In this document: piece after piece, positions 37,974 through 47,644 of the stretch
Numbering within the stretch: the stretch's first letter is position 1
How the letters are laid out: the number at the start of each line of letters is the position of its first letter
Source of the DNA: a virus
Lineage: Duplodnaviria; Caudoviricetes
Reading direction: 5' to 3' (one strand)
Virus record (IMG/VR): IMGVR_UViG_3300027896_002037
Span: 1-61,782 of that record
Length of the DNA: 61,782 nucleotides
Notes under the pieces: model-generated
Databases searched by the model: none
What the model saw: the letters and a program-made list of their open reading frames with translations, nothing else
Told to the model about the DNA's origin: nothing
Program-made: the position numbers and the translations under genes

Positions 37974-39770
37974 ATGGGAAAAAGTAAATCATCTAATGAT
38001 TATACCGCAGATAAAATTAAAGTTTTAAGTGAAATTGCTCATATTAGAGCTAATCCCGGAATGTATATTGGGGAAATCTCAACCCCAACACATTTATTAA
38101 AGGAACTATTGGATAATGCATTTGATGAATGTATGAATGGTTTTGCTGAAAATGTATACGTTAGTATAGATACTAAAACGGGAACGTGCATAGTTAGAGA
38201 CGATGGACGAGGAATACCGTATGAACAGGATATTCCAATCACGATATCAACAAAATTATTCTCAGGTGCTAAATTTAAAGGAAGTAAAGAAGCATATAAT
38301 ATTGTTTCTGGAAAAAATGGAGTGGGACTTGTTGCAGTAAATGCACTTTCAAAAGAATTTAAAATAGAAATTTTTAGGGATAAGCATGCTACTTTTATTT
38401 TTAAAGATTGTCAGTGTGTGGATAAACAAATAACTAAATATAAGAATATTGAGAAAAAATATTCTACAGAGGTTTCGTTTACTCCAGATATGCAATTTTT
38501 TGCTGCAAGTTCACCAGACATTCCAAAAATAATAAAAAGGTTGTATATTGCTTCTATAGAACTTCCGAGGGTATCTATAATATTAGAGATAGATCAAAAT
38601 GTTCAGAATATATCAACTACAAAAGAAGATTTTTTTAAGCGAGAACTATTAGAGGAAGAGAACAGGGACTCTGTTAAAATTTTTAAATTTTTAGCAGAAG
38701 ACGGTTATGAGAAGTTTGAAGTTATGTTTGCATATGAAGTTAATAGTGCTATAATGCCCAGAATACACACTGTAGTAAATATGTTGCCTTTAGATGGAGG
38801 CGGCACTCAGGTTACTACTACCGTTAATATTCTAAAGGATTATTTCATGGGAAAAGCAAAGAAATTAAACTTCAAAATAATACCCAATGATATAACCGTA
38901 GGTTTGAGAGTACACATCTCAATGAATTTGGTTAACCCGGAATTGGCAGGTCAGACTAAAGAAAAGTTTATCAGTAAAATAAGTGAATATGCTAATTTAA
39001 CTAGAAAACTTGAAAAATATATTGAAAATTATTTTGATAGAAATACAGAAGATTTGAATGCATTAATGACCATGTTTGCTGATTATAGGAATCGACAAGA
39101 GTCTAAGAATCATAAATCTGTAAACGGATCAAAAAGAGTTTCTACTAAATTAACAAAATTACGAGAGTGTGCAGAACCCGGTGGAGAATTATTTATCGTT
39201 GAGGGTGACTCTGCATCTGGATCTATTATACATGCAAGGGATGCTCGAAAACATGCCATATTGCCACTGCGAGGTAAAATTCCAAATGTTGTAAATAAGA
39301 AAGATATTCTTAATAATACAGAAATTGGAGAACTTATACATGCATTGGGCACTGGCGTAGGAGCAAATTTTGATATAGAGAAATTAAAATATGATAAAAT
39401 TATTATCGCAGCGGATAATGATTATGATGGACTTCATATAGCATCATTGATTGTTATGTTGATGGCTATTTTATTTCCCGAAATTGTTAAAAATGGTAAA
39501 TTATATATCGCAAGTGCGCCACTATATGCCATTAGAGATAATAAAAAATTTAGACCAGTGTGGACAGAAAAAGAATTAGAAGATGCCAGAAAAAAGAATT
39601 TAAAAATACAATATTTTAAAGGTCTTGGTGAAATGAATCCAGATCAAATAAAAATTTCTCTACTGGATGAAAATCAAAGAAGATTGATAAAAGTAGAATA
39701 TTCTACGCAATTAGATAAGTTAACAGAATTATTTAATTCATCGGAATGTAAAAGGAAGTTAATTGCGTGA
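37974..39770 (+). CDS. Type IIA topoisomerase, ATPase/TOPRIM (GyrB/ParE-like) subunit
   Basis: PGMYIG, ELLDNAFDE, DDGRGIP, GQTKE, VEGDSA, PLRGK, DNDYDG, FKGLGEM. Confidence 0.93.
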   Translation: MGKSKSSNDYTADKIKVLSEIAHIRANPGMYIGEISTPTHLLKELLDNAFDECMNGFAENVYVSIDTKTGTCIVRDDGRGIPYEQDIPITISTKLFSGAKFKGSKEAYNIVSGKNGVGLVAVNALSKEFKIEIFRDKHATFIFKDCQCVDKQITKYKNIEKKYSTEVSFTPDMQFFAASSPDIPKIIKRLYIASIELPRVSIILEIDQNVQNISTTKEDFFKRELLEEENRDSVKIFKFLAEDGYEKFEVMFAYEVNSAIMPRIHTVVNMLPLDGGGTQVTTTVNILKDYFMGKAKKLNFKIIPNDITVGLRVHISMNLVNPELAGQTKEKFISKISEYANLTRKLEKYIENYFDRNTEDLNALMTMFADYRNRQESKNHKSVNGSKRVSTKLTKLRECAEPGGELFIVEGDSASGSIIHARDARKHAILPLRGKIPNVVNKKDILNNTEIGELIHALGTGVGANFDIEKLKYDKIIIAADNDYDGLHIASLIVMLMAILFPEIVKNGKLYIASAPLYAIRDNKKFRPVWTEKELEDARKKNLKIQYFKGLGEMNPDQIKISLLDENQRRLIKVEYSTQLDKLTELFNSSECKRKLIA

Positions 39771-40018
39771 TGACAGAAATTTATAACCCTATAAAAACAG
39801 ATTATATCAAAATAGAAGATAAGTGGTATCTAAAAATTAATCACGCCACTAACAAAGATTCAAAGTTTGAATTTATTGATCAAACAAATCGTTTGATAGA
39901 TCCGAAAGATACTATTGTAAAAGATGACCATTTTTTATTTCAGTTTGATCAGAATGAGATTAGGGTGGTGTTATTCGCAGATACAATAATCATTAAAAAA
40001 GAAGGTTGTCATGGATAA
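39767..40018 (+). CDS. Hypothetical protein between topoisomerase subunits
   Basis: 83 aa, overlaps both neighbours. Confidence 0.55.
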   Translation: MMTEIYNPIKTDYIKIEDKWYLKINHATNKDSKFEFIDQTNRLIDPKDTIVKDDHFLFQFDQNEIRVVLFADTIIIKKEGCHG

Positions 40019-41309
40019 GCATATACCGCAATTTTATCGAGATTATGGCAGATATATTAATCGTTCAAGAGCATTCCCATCCGAATTGGATGGTTTAAAG
40101 GTTGTAGAACGAAGAGTTTTATTATCTGCATATGAAACATGCAAAGATTCATTCGCTAAAAGTTCTAAATTAGTAGGGTATGTTATAGGAGAATATCATC
40201 CCCATGGTGATTCTGCAGCATATGGAACAGTAGTTCAATTAGTACATCAGAATTTTTTGGACAAACAAGGAAACTTTGGATCGAATATCGGGATAGAGCC
40301 TTGTGAAGCATCTGCTCATAGATATACCGAAGTAAAATTAAATGCCAATATTAAAAAAATCGCATTTAATTTAATAGAGTATGTTCATCGAGAAGATTCT
40401 GAATTAGAGGCAGAACCCCCATTCTTACCCACGATGTATCCATTTTGTATTATGGGAACAGAATATACTGTCGGGATAGGATTTGGTTATAAAACGGTTA
40501 TACCGTGTTATGCTCAAGAAGATCTTAAGAAGAGATTACTATATCTTATTGGAAAAACTAAAAAATCGCCAATTATTAGACCAATAAGTAATTGTGATAT
40601 CATCTCTAAAGATAAAGTTCTAATGGAATTATTAACTGTCGGTAAATGTGCTGTCGAATTTAAAGGCCAATACGTTATCGATAGAGAACATCACAAAGTA
40701 TCCATTAAAAGTCTTCCGCCGGGAAAAAGTTTTGATAAACTTTTCTCAAAATTAAAAACTGAGTTTGACTCTGGTGAAATTGGATATGCAGATTTATCTG
40801 AGAAAAATGAAACGAATGTTGTTATTGAGGTTACTCGCCAACGAAATAAGGATGAGATATTTAATAAATTTTTAGAAAAATTAGATCCTCTTCTAATTGG
40901 GCAGGTTTCTTTTGAGATCATCGTAGTTGGAAAAGATGGAAAAGTTAGAAATATATCCGTAGACGAACTATTACTAACTGTTTTTAATAATTTTAAAAAT
41001 GTTACTAGAGATTCTATACATATAGAGATTCAAAAATTAAATCTTAAGCTAGAAGATTATATATTATTAAATAAAATTAAACCCCATCTGATAGAATTAT
41101 TAAAAATTGTAAATGATTTCGATCATATTTGTAAAATCATTTCCGACAATATAAAAGAAGATGTGAAAAAGATCTCAGACATTATGATAAAATATAATAT
41201 TAAAAAATTGGTAACATCGACATTTGATGTAAGTGAACTTCAGACTGAAAAAACTAGATTGGAAAATCTTTTAATTGACTTGGATAATTATGTAATATTG
41301 CAGTACTAA
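40011..41309 (+). CDS. Type IIA topoisomerase, breakage-reunion (GyrA/ParC/gp52-like) subunit, no C-terminal pinwheel
   Basis: RA.P...DGLK.V.RR, YHPHGD, QGNFG, AHRYT catalytic Tyr, GIGFG. Confidence 0.92.
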   Translation: MDKHIPQFYRDYGRYINRSRAFPSELDGLKVVERRVLLSAYETCKDSFAKSSKLVGYVIGEYHPHGDSAAYGTVVQLVHQNFLDKQGNFGSNIGIEPCEASAHRYTEVKLNANIKKIAFNLIEYVHREDSELEAEPPFLPTMYPFCIMGTEYTVGIGFGYKTVIPCYAQEDLKKRLLYLIGKTKKSPIIRPISNCDIISKDKVLMELLTVGKCAVEFKGQYVIDREHHKVSIKSLPPGKSFDKLFSKLKTEFDSGEIGYADLSEKNETNVVIEVTRQRNKDEIFNKFLEKLDPLLIGQVSFEIIVVGKDGKVRNISVDELLLTVFNNFKNVTRDSIHIEIQKLNLKLEDYILLNKIKPHLIELLKIVNDFDHICKIISDNIKEDVKKISDIMIKYNIKKLVTSTFDVSELQTEKTRLENLLIDLDNYVILQY

Positions 41310-41332
41310 TATGTTGTAAATATGAGGTATTT

Positions 41333-41935
41333 GTGGAATATTGCTCTGATATTGGAATGTATGTAATAAATAGAGGGACGTCCAGTTGTAAATGGCGGAC
41401 GACATTTTGTTCTAAAAATTGTTATAATAATAAGTTGTATAAAGTATTTGGTCATGGAATGATTCCAAAGGATATACAAAATGATAAAGAATGGGAAGCT
41501 TTAAATGGAGAAACTTTAAAAATATTCTTGCAAAATAAAAAATATAATGTTAGGATACGATTATGTTCAAGGGGGGAGCCATTTTCGACTCAAGAAGATA
41601 TCGATAAAATTTATGATATGTTAATAAAGAATCCGAAAACTTTATGTTGGATACCAACTCGGGCATGGAGGGGTCCCCTAAGGAAAAATGTTAAAGACCT
41701 GAGCGTGATTGAGAATGCAAGAATATGTGCCAGTATCGATTGTTCTAATACTCAACAAGAAATAGATGAATTGATAGAAGAGGGATGGTCTACAATGTTC
41801 TTTGGAGATGATACTGCTATAAATAATAGATTTTTATGTCCAAAAACTTGGAATAAACAAAAGAAGGAATGTTACACGTGTCAAAATGGTTGTTTTTCTA
41901 GACAGCGAGTAGATATTCATTTGAAAAAACATTAG
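41333..41935 (+). CDS. Gp88-like Cys-rich (radical-SAM-related) phage protein
   Basis: SC......C...CY, R...RGE, W.PTR, ASID, CP...C..C...C. Confidence 0.6.
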   Translation: MEYCSDIGMYVINRGTSSCKWRTTFCSKNCYNNKLYKVFGHGMIPKDIQNDKEWEALNGETLKIFLQNKKYNVRIRLCSRGEPFSTQEDIDKIYDMLIKNPKTLCWIPTRAWRGPLRKNVKDLSVIENARICASIDCSNTQQEIDELIEEGWSTMFFGDDTAINNRFLCPKTWNKQKKECYTCQNGCFSRQRVDIHLKKH

Positions 41936-41946
41936 GAGAGTAAATT

Positions 41947-42387
41947 GTGCAAATCATAATAGATGGAAGTGTAGTGGCAAGTATATCAATTATCGAACTT
42001 GCTCGCGGAATTGTTTTTTGTGATGTAGAAGACTGTGTTTGTCTTACTGATCTATTAGATGATAAGAAATTCTTTAAAGCTATAAAGAAATTTTTAAAAC
42101 CTTTTGGAATAAACCTTTTAGAAGGATATGCTTTCCGTACGGATGATGATGAAATTGGTTTTGTTGCCAAAGAAAAGAATCTGTACATATTGTTAGATCT
42201 TACGCTTGAGGAAGATGAGGTTGTTTGCATCGCTCAGGGATCTGAAATTTTTAGTGAGTGTGGTGAAAAGTCAATCTTAGAGAAAGATCGATGGGTTAGA
42301 TTAAAGACCATATCGTCCGACCTTAGGAGAATTTACTGGCGGGGCCATCGAACAACATATTCAACTAATTTAGAAAACGTAACATAA
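41947..42387 (+). CDS. Hypothetical protein
   Basis: 146 aa, AGGAG RBS, GTG start. Confidence 0.55.
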   Translation: MQIIIDGSVVASISIIELARGIVFCDVEDCVCLTDLLDDKKFFKAIKKFLKPFGINLLEGYAFRTDDDEIGFVAKEKNLYILLDLTLEEDEVVCIAQGSEIFSECGEKSILEKDRWVRLKTISSDLRRIYWRGHRTTYSTNLENVT

Positions 42388-42407
42388 TATTTGGGGGGTG
42401 AGATTTC

Positions 42408-43805
42408 ATGTTAACATTTATAAGAACATCTGGAATATTGATTCCACGAGAATATGAGAATGAGCAGTTTTATAAAAACATAAAATCTCACCTAACCCGC
42501 ACAGTTAGAGACTTTACAGGTTTAAATCTTACGACACTAATATTCTACACCGAAGGTCCAAAGTATTTAAAGATACCAAGATTTTTTCCCATATATAATT
42601 ATCTCGAATGTATTATTCAGGATCAAATAATTGATGGTGCTGATATCAAAATTGAACATAATATATCCGTACGAGATGACGTACAAAAAAATGCTATAGA
42701 TTTTCTATTAACACATGATAGTGGCATCATACAAGCTGAACCGGGATCTGGGAAAACTGTTATGGCAATCTACATGATTGCAACTAGAAAGAAGAAGACT
42801 ATAATATTAATGCATCGATCTACATTAATAGAACAGTGGAAAGAAAGAATCCTACAATATACAAATTTAACAGAGGATGATATCGGAATATTATCATCAA
42901 AATCATTAGAAAATGATTTAAAAAAGTCGATCATTTTAGCAACAGATCAAATGATAACACATATGCTGGCTAATGATAGGCAGCGACTTCTTTCGGAATT
43001 AAATAATGCATCAATAGGAATTTTTATTGGAGATGAGGTTCATACCTCAGTCGGAGGTCCAACATTTGCACAATGTTCATTGAACATATCGAGTAAATAT
43101 GTCTATGGTCTGAGTGCAACTCCAAAGAGATCGGATGGGCAAACTGATATATTATATCATCATTTAGGGGGAGTGTTTATCCCCGGTGGCAAAGCATCAA
43201 CAATGGATGCCCGTGTTACAATTTTAGGATTTTCATACGGAATTATGAATTCAAAATCTAGAAAATATGTTATGTGGAATGGAGATTTAAATCGCGCCAG
43301 ATATTTAAATTTAACTATAAAATCTCTACCTTTAGAAAAAGTTAGTAAGGGATTATTATTAAAATTTTCTAAAGAGGGACGAAATATATTATATGTTGGT
43401 GAACGAATAAAATTATTGGAAAATATGTATGATTGGATGCCAGTTGAGGATAAATCAAAATTTATAAGAAGTGCATCAAATGCTGAGTTGAATTCTAAAG
43501 CAGTTTTTGCAACTATGTCTAAGATACGAGATGGGGCCGATGCTAATCATTTAGATTGTCTGATAATAACTTCTCCGTGTTCGAATATAGAGCAATTGAG
43601 CGGTAGAATATTGCGAATCAGACCTGATAAAAATCAACCAATCATTATAGATATGGTAGATATAGATGAAGGACGAATATCAAAGACTGTATGGAACCGA
43701 ATTAAATATTATACAAAACGAAAATGGGAAACTCAATATATATTACTTAATGAACAAGGAAACTATGAAGTTGTTTCTGCTGAAACATTCAAGGAAAGGA
43801 TTTGA
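42408..43805 (+). CDS. Superfamily 2 DExH helicase (UvsW/XPB-like)
   Basis: Q motif, PGSGKT, DEVH, SAT, QLSGRILR. Confidence 0.88.
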   Translation: MLTFIRTSGILIPREYENEQFYKNIKSHLTRTVRDFTGLNLTTLIFYTEGPKYLKIPRFFPIYNYLECIIQDQIIDGADIKIEHNISVRDDVQKNAIDFLLTHDSGIIQAEPGSGKTVMAIYMIATRKKKTIILMHRSTLIEQWKERILQYTNLTEDDIGILSSKSLENDLKKSIILATDQMITHMLANDRQRLLSELNNASIGIFIGDEVHTSVGGPTFAQCSLNISSKYVYGLSATPKRSDGQTDILYHHLGGVFIPGGKASTMDARVTILGFSYGIMNSKSRKYVMWNGDLNRARYLNLTIKSLPLEKVSKGLLLKFSKEGRNILYVGERIKLLENMYDWMPVEDKSKFIRSASNAELNSKAVFATMSKIRDGADANHLDCLIITSPCSNIEQLSGRILRIRPDKNQPIIIDMVDIDEGRISKTVWNRIKYYTKRKWETQYILLNEQGNYEVVSAETFKERI

Positions 43806-43806
43806 T

Positions 43807-44805
43807 ATGAGATCGATAATCGTAGCAGATTTGCATTTATCCGGATATTCTAATGAAACTCTTATAGACGGTATCCCAGAAAAATTATATTATATTATGA
43901 AAACTTTATACAATATAACGAAGTATGCAACTGAACAAAAGATTTCAAACATTATAATTGCTGGAGATCTTATGCATACTAAAGCAATTATTCATTCAAT
44001 TGCACAGTCCAATTTATTAGACTGGATTAGAACAAATAAAGATATTAAATTCCAAATTATAGATGGAAACCACGATTGTTCATCTAAATCTGGCAATGGA
44101 GTATCTGCGCTAAAGTGTTTGGATCACGAACCAAATGTTGACGTGTTTCATGAAACAATTGCAGCGGAAAAGTTTTATTTTGTTCCGTGGCATCCAGATC
44201 ATATGGTTAATGACATCAGGAAGGGTCCTAAAAATAAGATATTGATTGGACATCTTGGAGTATCTGAAGGAAAATTAAATAGCGGAATATCCATAGTATC
44301 AGACATAAGTTTACGAGACTTTTCTCACTATCCTATTTGTTTTTTAGGTCATTATCATAAACCGCAAGAATTGAAGAATGTAGTTTATGTTGGTAGTCCG
44401 GCTATTTTAGATTTTGGTGAGAAAGATGATATTAAAAGATTTATAGTATTTGATGATGAGACATCCGAATGGACAAGTGTTCCATCTGTCGGGTATAAAA
44501 AATATATCGATTATATTGTTGATGAGAATACAAATATAAAAGAATTATTAGAAATGGCCAATAAAGAAAAAGAAAATGGTAATGATGTTAGAATATTAAA
44601 AACTGCGAATGTTGACTTAAAACAACTTGAAAAGAATAATTTTAAAATTATAGATAGACAAGAAGTTGAATATAAACCGCGTGGTATAAACTCATCTATG
44701 CCTTTAAAAGATAAAATGATAAAGTATCTTGAGATAAAGGATATACCAAAAGATCTCATCGAGAGATACATAGAAGTTGGTATTGAAATTTCGAATATGG
44801 AGTAG
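43807..44805 (+). CDS. sbcD: Mre11/SbcD (gp47-like) nuclease
   Basis: ADLH, AGDL, GNHD, GH, LGHYH, YVGSP; true start ATG 43807. Confidence 0.9.
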   Translation: MRSIIVADLHLSGYSNETLIDGIPEKLYYIMKTLYNITKYATEQKISNIIIAGDLMHTKAIIHSIAQSNLLDWIRTNKDIKFQIIDGNHDCSSKSGNGVSALKCLDHEPNVDVFHETIAAEKFYFVPWHPDHMVNDIRKGPKNKILIGHLGVSEGKLNSGISIVSDISLRDFSHYPICFLGHYHKPQELKNVVYVGSPAILDFGEKDDIKRFIVFDDETSEWTSVPSVGYKKYIDYIVDENTNIKELLEMANKEKENGNDVRILKTANVDLKQLEKNNFKIIDRQEVEYKPRGINSSMPLKDKMIKYLEIKDIPKDLIERYIEVGIEISNME

Positions 44806-44808
44806 GAT

Positions 44809-46983
44809 ATGCGATCTATAGAATTCATCAAAGTTGTTTTTAATAATTATACCTGCTACACAGAAGAGATGGTATACGAATTTCATAATTCGAAAATACA
44901 ACTGTTAATAGGTGCAAATGGAACCGGAAAAACAAATCTTTTCAATAGTATTCCAGTTTGTTTATACGGAATGACAGCAGATGGAAGAAAAGGAGAAGAT
45001 CTTGTTAATAATAAAGTAAAGAAAAATTGTTATATTTTTCTAGACTTTAAAATCGATAATGATCTGTATGTAATAAAACGTTATATCAAACATTCAAAAG
45101 AAGGATCGACCGTTTTATTATATAAGAATGATGTATTAATAAATAAGGGTCATAAAGAAGTTCTTCCTGTTATAGAATCTATTTTTATGCCAATGAGATT
45201 ATTTATTAATCTCTTATACCTAACTCAAAAAGGTGAAATGTTTATAACATTAGAAGATTCTAAGAAAAAAGAAATTTTTGAAAAGATGTTGGATCTTGTA
45301 ATATATCAGACATATATAGAAAAAGCTGATAAAAAAATAAAAGACGTGATCGAAGAACTATCTAATATCAGATCTAAAATAGACATTTGTGGCGAAATGA
45401 TCACAACGTTTGATAATCAACTATCAGAATTAGAAAATAATGCCATTAAATTTGAAAATGAAAAAGCAACAAACCTAGTAAAATTAACGACTCAAGTAAA
45501 TTCTTTAGAATTTGAAAAAATTCAAATGGCTAAAAAACTATCAAACGAGGATAAAACATCTGAGTTAATGCAATTAATATCAGATATATCATCTTCGAAA
45601 AATAAGATCAATTCAATCCTAACGAAAAAACAATCTGATCGAAAGGATATGGAGTCGAAGAAAGAAACAAAATTGCTGGAATTTAAAAATCGAGTTAGTG
45701 ATGAAAAAAGTAAAATAAAATTATCGACGTCAAAGAAACGACAAGATTTAGATAATGAGTGGAATGATAAAATAAACATTCTAAAAAATAAACTCGATTC
45801 ACTTAACATCAATATTAAGAACCAAAAGGTTCATAAAGGATTATTATCTGATAAGTTAAAAAAGATAAAAGATGAAATAGATAAGCGAGAACGAGAATTA
45901 CAAATGGAAATACCCGTTTGTGTTGAATGTGGACACGAATTGGGAGAAAATAAAAATAAAATTTTAAACATTGTGAATGAGTTTAAAAAAGAGTTTTCAA
46001 CCAATGAGGAAGAAATTTTAGATACAGAATTTGGTATAACTAACATGTCAAAAGAATTTGGTGTGTTAAATAATGAACTATCACCATTACAGCTAAAATA
46101 TTCTGAAGAAAAGAATACGATAGATGTTGAAGAAAATAGTTCTATAAATGAACTCATGGTTAGATATAATACTGGAATTAGACAATTAGACGAGCTGTTA
46201 AAAAAGAAATTGTCAGAGGTAGATGCTCAATTTGATATAGAATTAAATACAACAAAACAGGAACTTGAGGATCTAGAAACAACCAAATTTAATATAGATT
46301 CAGAAATATCGAATAAAAGAGATATAGAATCCAAGATTAATAATATTAATCAATTAATAGCGGGTGTTAAAGCTGAGTTAAAATTAAGAGGAACTGCTTT
46401 ATTTGATGATAGAATGAAAAATACTATTATTGCAGAAAAAGATAAAAATGAAAACGAAGTACATGTATTAAACGATTTATTAAATGAAAAAGAATCGAAG
46501 CTATCAATTTATGAATTTTGGAAAACTGGATTTTCTATGAGAGGAATCCCATCTATCTTAATTGAGGAATCAGTTCCGTTCATCAATGAACGGTTAAATT
46601 TTTATTTGGAGAAAATAGGTGGAAGATTCAAAGTTTCCTTTGATGTATTAAGTGAAACCAAAACTGGCGGCATTAGAGATAAAATATCAATTTCTATTTT
46701 TGATACCGTTACTCATGGCGATTCGCATAAACAATTATCTGGTGGACAAGCCAGGTTGATAGATATTATTATAATTTTAACTCTACGAGATCTCATGCAA
46801 CAATATTGCGGATTCTCTATTAATATTGTTTTATTTGATGAGATTTTCGATGGTCTTGATGATGAAAATATTGCAGTAGTTGCAAATTTATTACGATTAT
46901 TAATAGAAGATCAATCATATAATATTATTTCACATCGTCATATTGATCAGATAGAGTATGATGAGATATACAAAACTTCGTAA
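44809..46983 (+). CDS. sbcC: Rad50/SbcC (gp46-like) ATPase
   Basis: GANGTGKT, coiled coils with CVEC hook, LSGGQ, FDE..DGLD, ISH. Confidence 0.92.
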   Translation: MRSIEFIKVVFNNYTCYTEEMVYEFHNSKIQLLIGANGTGKTNLFNSIPVCLYGMTADGRKGEDLVNNKVKKNCYIFLDFKIDNDLYVIKRYIKHSKEGSTVLLYKNDVLINKGHKEVLPVIESIFMPMRLFINLLYLTQKGEMFITLEDSKKKEIFEKMLDLVIYQTYIEKADKKIKDVIEELSNIRSKIDICGEMITTFDNQLSELENNAIKFENEKATNLVKLTTQVNSLEFEKIQMAKKLSNEDKTSELMQLISDISSSKNKINSILTKKQSDRKDMESKKETKLLEFKNRVSDEKSKIKLSTSKKRQDLDNEWNDKINILKNKLDSLNINIKNQKVHKGLLSDKLKKIKDEIDKRERELQMEIPVCVECGHELGENKNKILNIVNEFKKEFSTNEEEILDTEFGITNMSKEFGVLNNELSPLQLKYSEEKNTIDVEENSSINELMVRYNTGIRQLDELLKKKLSEVDAQFDIELNTTKQELEDLETTKFNIDSEISNKRDIESKINNINQLIAGVKAELKLRGTALFDDRMKNTIIAEKDKNENEVHVLNDLLNEKESKLSIYEFWKTGFSMRGIPSILIEESVPFINERLNFYLEKIGGRFKVSFDVLSETKTGGIRDKISISIFDTVTHGDSHKQLSGGQARLIDIIIILTLRDLMQQYCGFSINIVLFDEIFDGLDDENIAVVANLLRLLIEDQSYNIISHRHIDQIEYDEIYKTS

Positions 46984-47005
46984 TTAAGTTAAAAAAGGAG
47001 CGCCT

Positions 47006-47236
47006 ATGAATATCGTAGATACTATGGATGATAGATATTTTGCAGGATTAAAATCTATTATTGGAATAGAAGATAATGAAATAAGTTATATCAAGAAAAA
47101 TAAAAATTCTCAGAAGATTAAATATTTTTTAATTGCATTGGAACAATCATTTTTGTACAATAATACTTTTGGATATGCTCATCTTAAAATAGAATTAAAT
47201 AAATTACGCAACTTAATGAAAGTAAAGGAGAATTAA
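47006..47236 (+). CDS. Hypothetical protein
   Basis: 76 aa, AAGGAG RBS. Confidence 0.55.
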   Translation: MNIVDTMDDRYFAGLKSIIGIEDNEISYIKKNKNSQKIKYFLIALEQSFLYNNTFGYAHLKIELNKLRNLMKVKEN

Positions 47237-47237
47237 A

Positions 47238-47549
47238 ATGTACGAGGTTAAAGTATTTGTAGTATCTGGTTTTGAAAAAATTGTGGCGAAACTGAAAAGT
47301 GATAATGGTAATGTAATTGAAGTTGAAGATCCTTTTATATTAAAAGAAATGATGACCCAACAGGGGCCTCAGGCGATTATTCTGCCATTCCAATATGCTA
47401 AACGGAACCAAACTCTTAAATTAGTAAAGACTTCATTAATTTTTGAACCGTTTGATCCGGAAGAAAATCTTTATGCAGCATATATCGAAAACGTGTCTGG
47501 ATTAGACCTCTCATCCGTGAAAGGCAATCAGTCTAAGCTTATTATTTAA
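47238..47549 (+). CDS. Small beta-barrel (Sm-like) phage protein
   Basis: VSG.E.IVA.L...I.VEDP, LPF, P...L..AY...VSGL pattern common in T4-like phages. Confidence 0.45.
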   Translation: MYEVKVFVVSGFEKIVAKLKSDNGNVIEVEDPFILKEMMTQQGPQAIILPFQYAKRNQTLKLVKTSLIFEPFDPEENLYAAYIENVSGLDLSSVKGNQSKLII

Positions 47550-47557
47550 TTTTATAT

Positions 47558-47586
47558 AATCCCCGTCCTTAGAGACGGGGATTTTC
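47558..47586 (+). terminator. Rho-independent terminator
   Basis: AATCCCCGTC-CTTAGA-GACGGGGATT then TT. Confidence 0.6.
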
Positions 47587-47644
47587 TAATGAACTGTTAA
47601 AATTGACAGTTTTTCACCACAACCTCAAAACTAAAGGATTGATC

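Noticed and set aside
43666-43806. Longer N-termini given by the ORF track (also 6662, 23302, 47603, 50035, 52388)
   Set aside because: RBS position and domain starts favour the downstream ATGs used above
47558-47586. Hairpin CCCCGTC...GACGGGG resembling the IS200/IS605 end hairpin at 61371-61391
   Set aside because: Lacks the GAGGATGTCAC end and sits right after a stop codon with a T run; a terminator is the simpler reading
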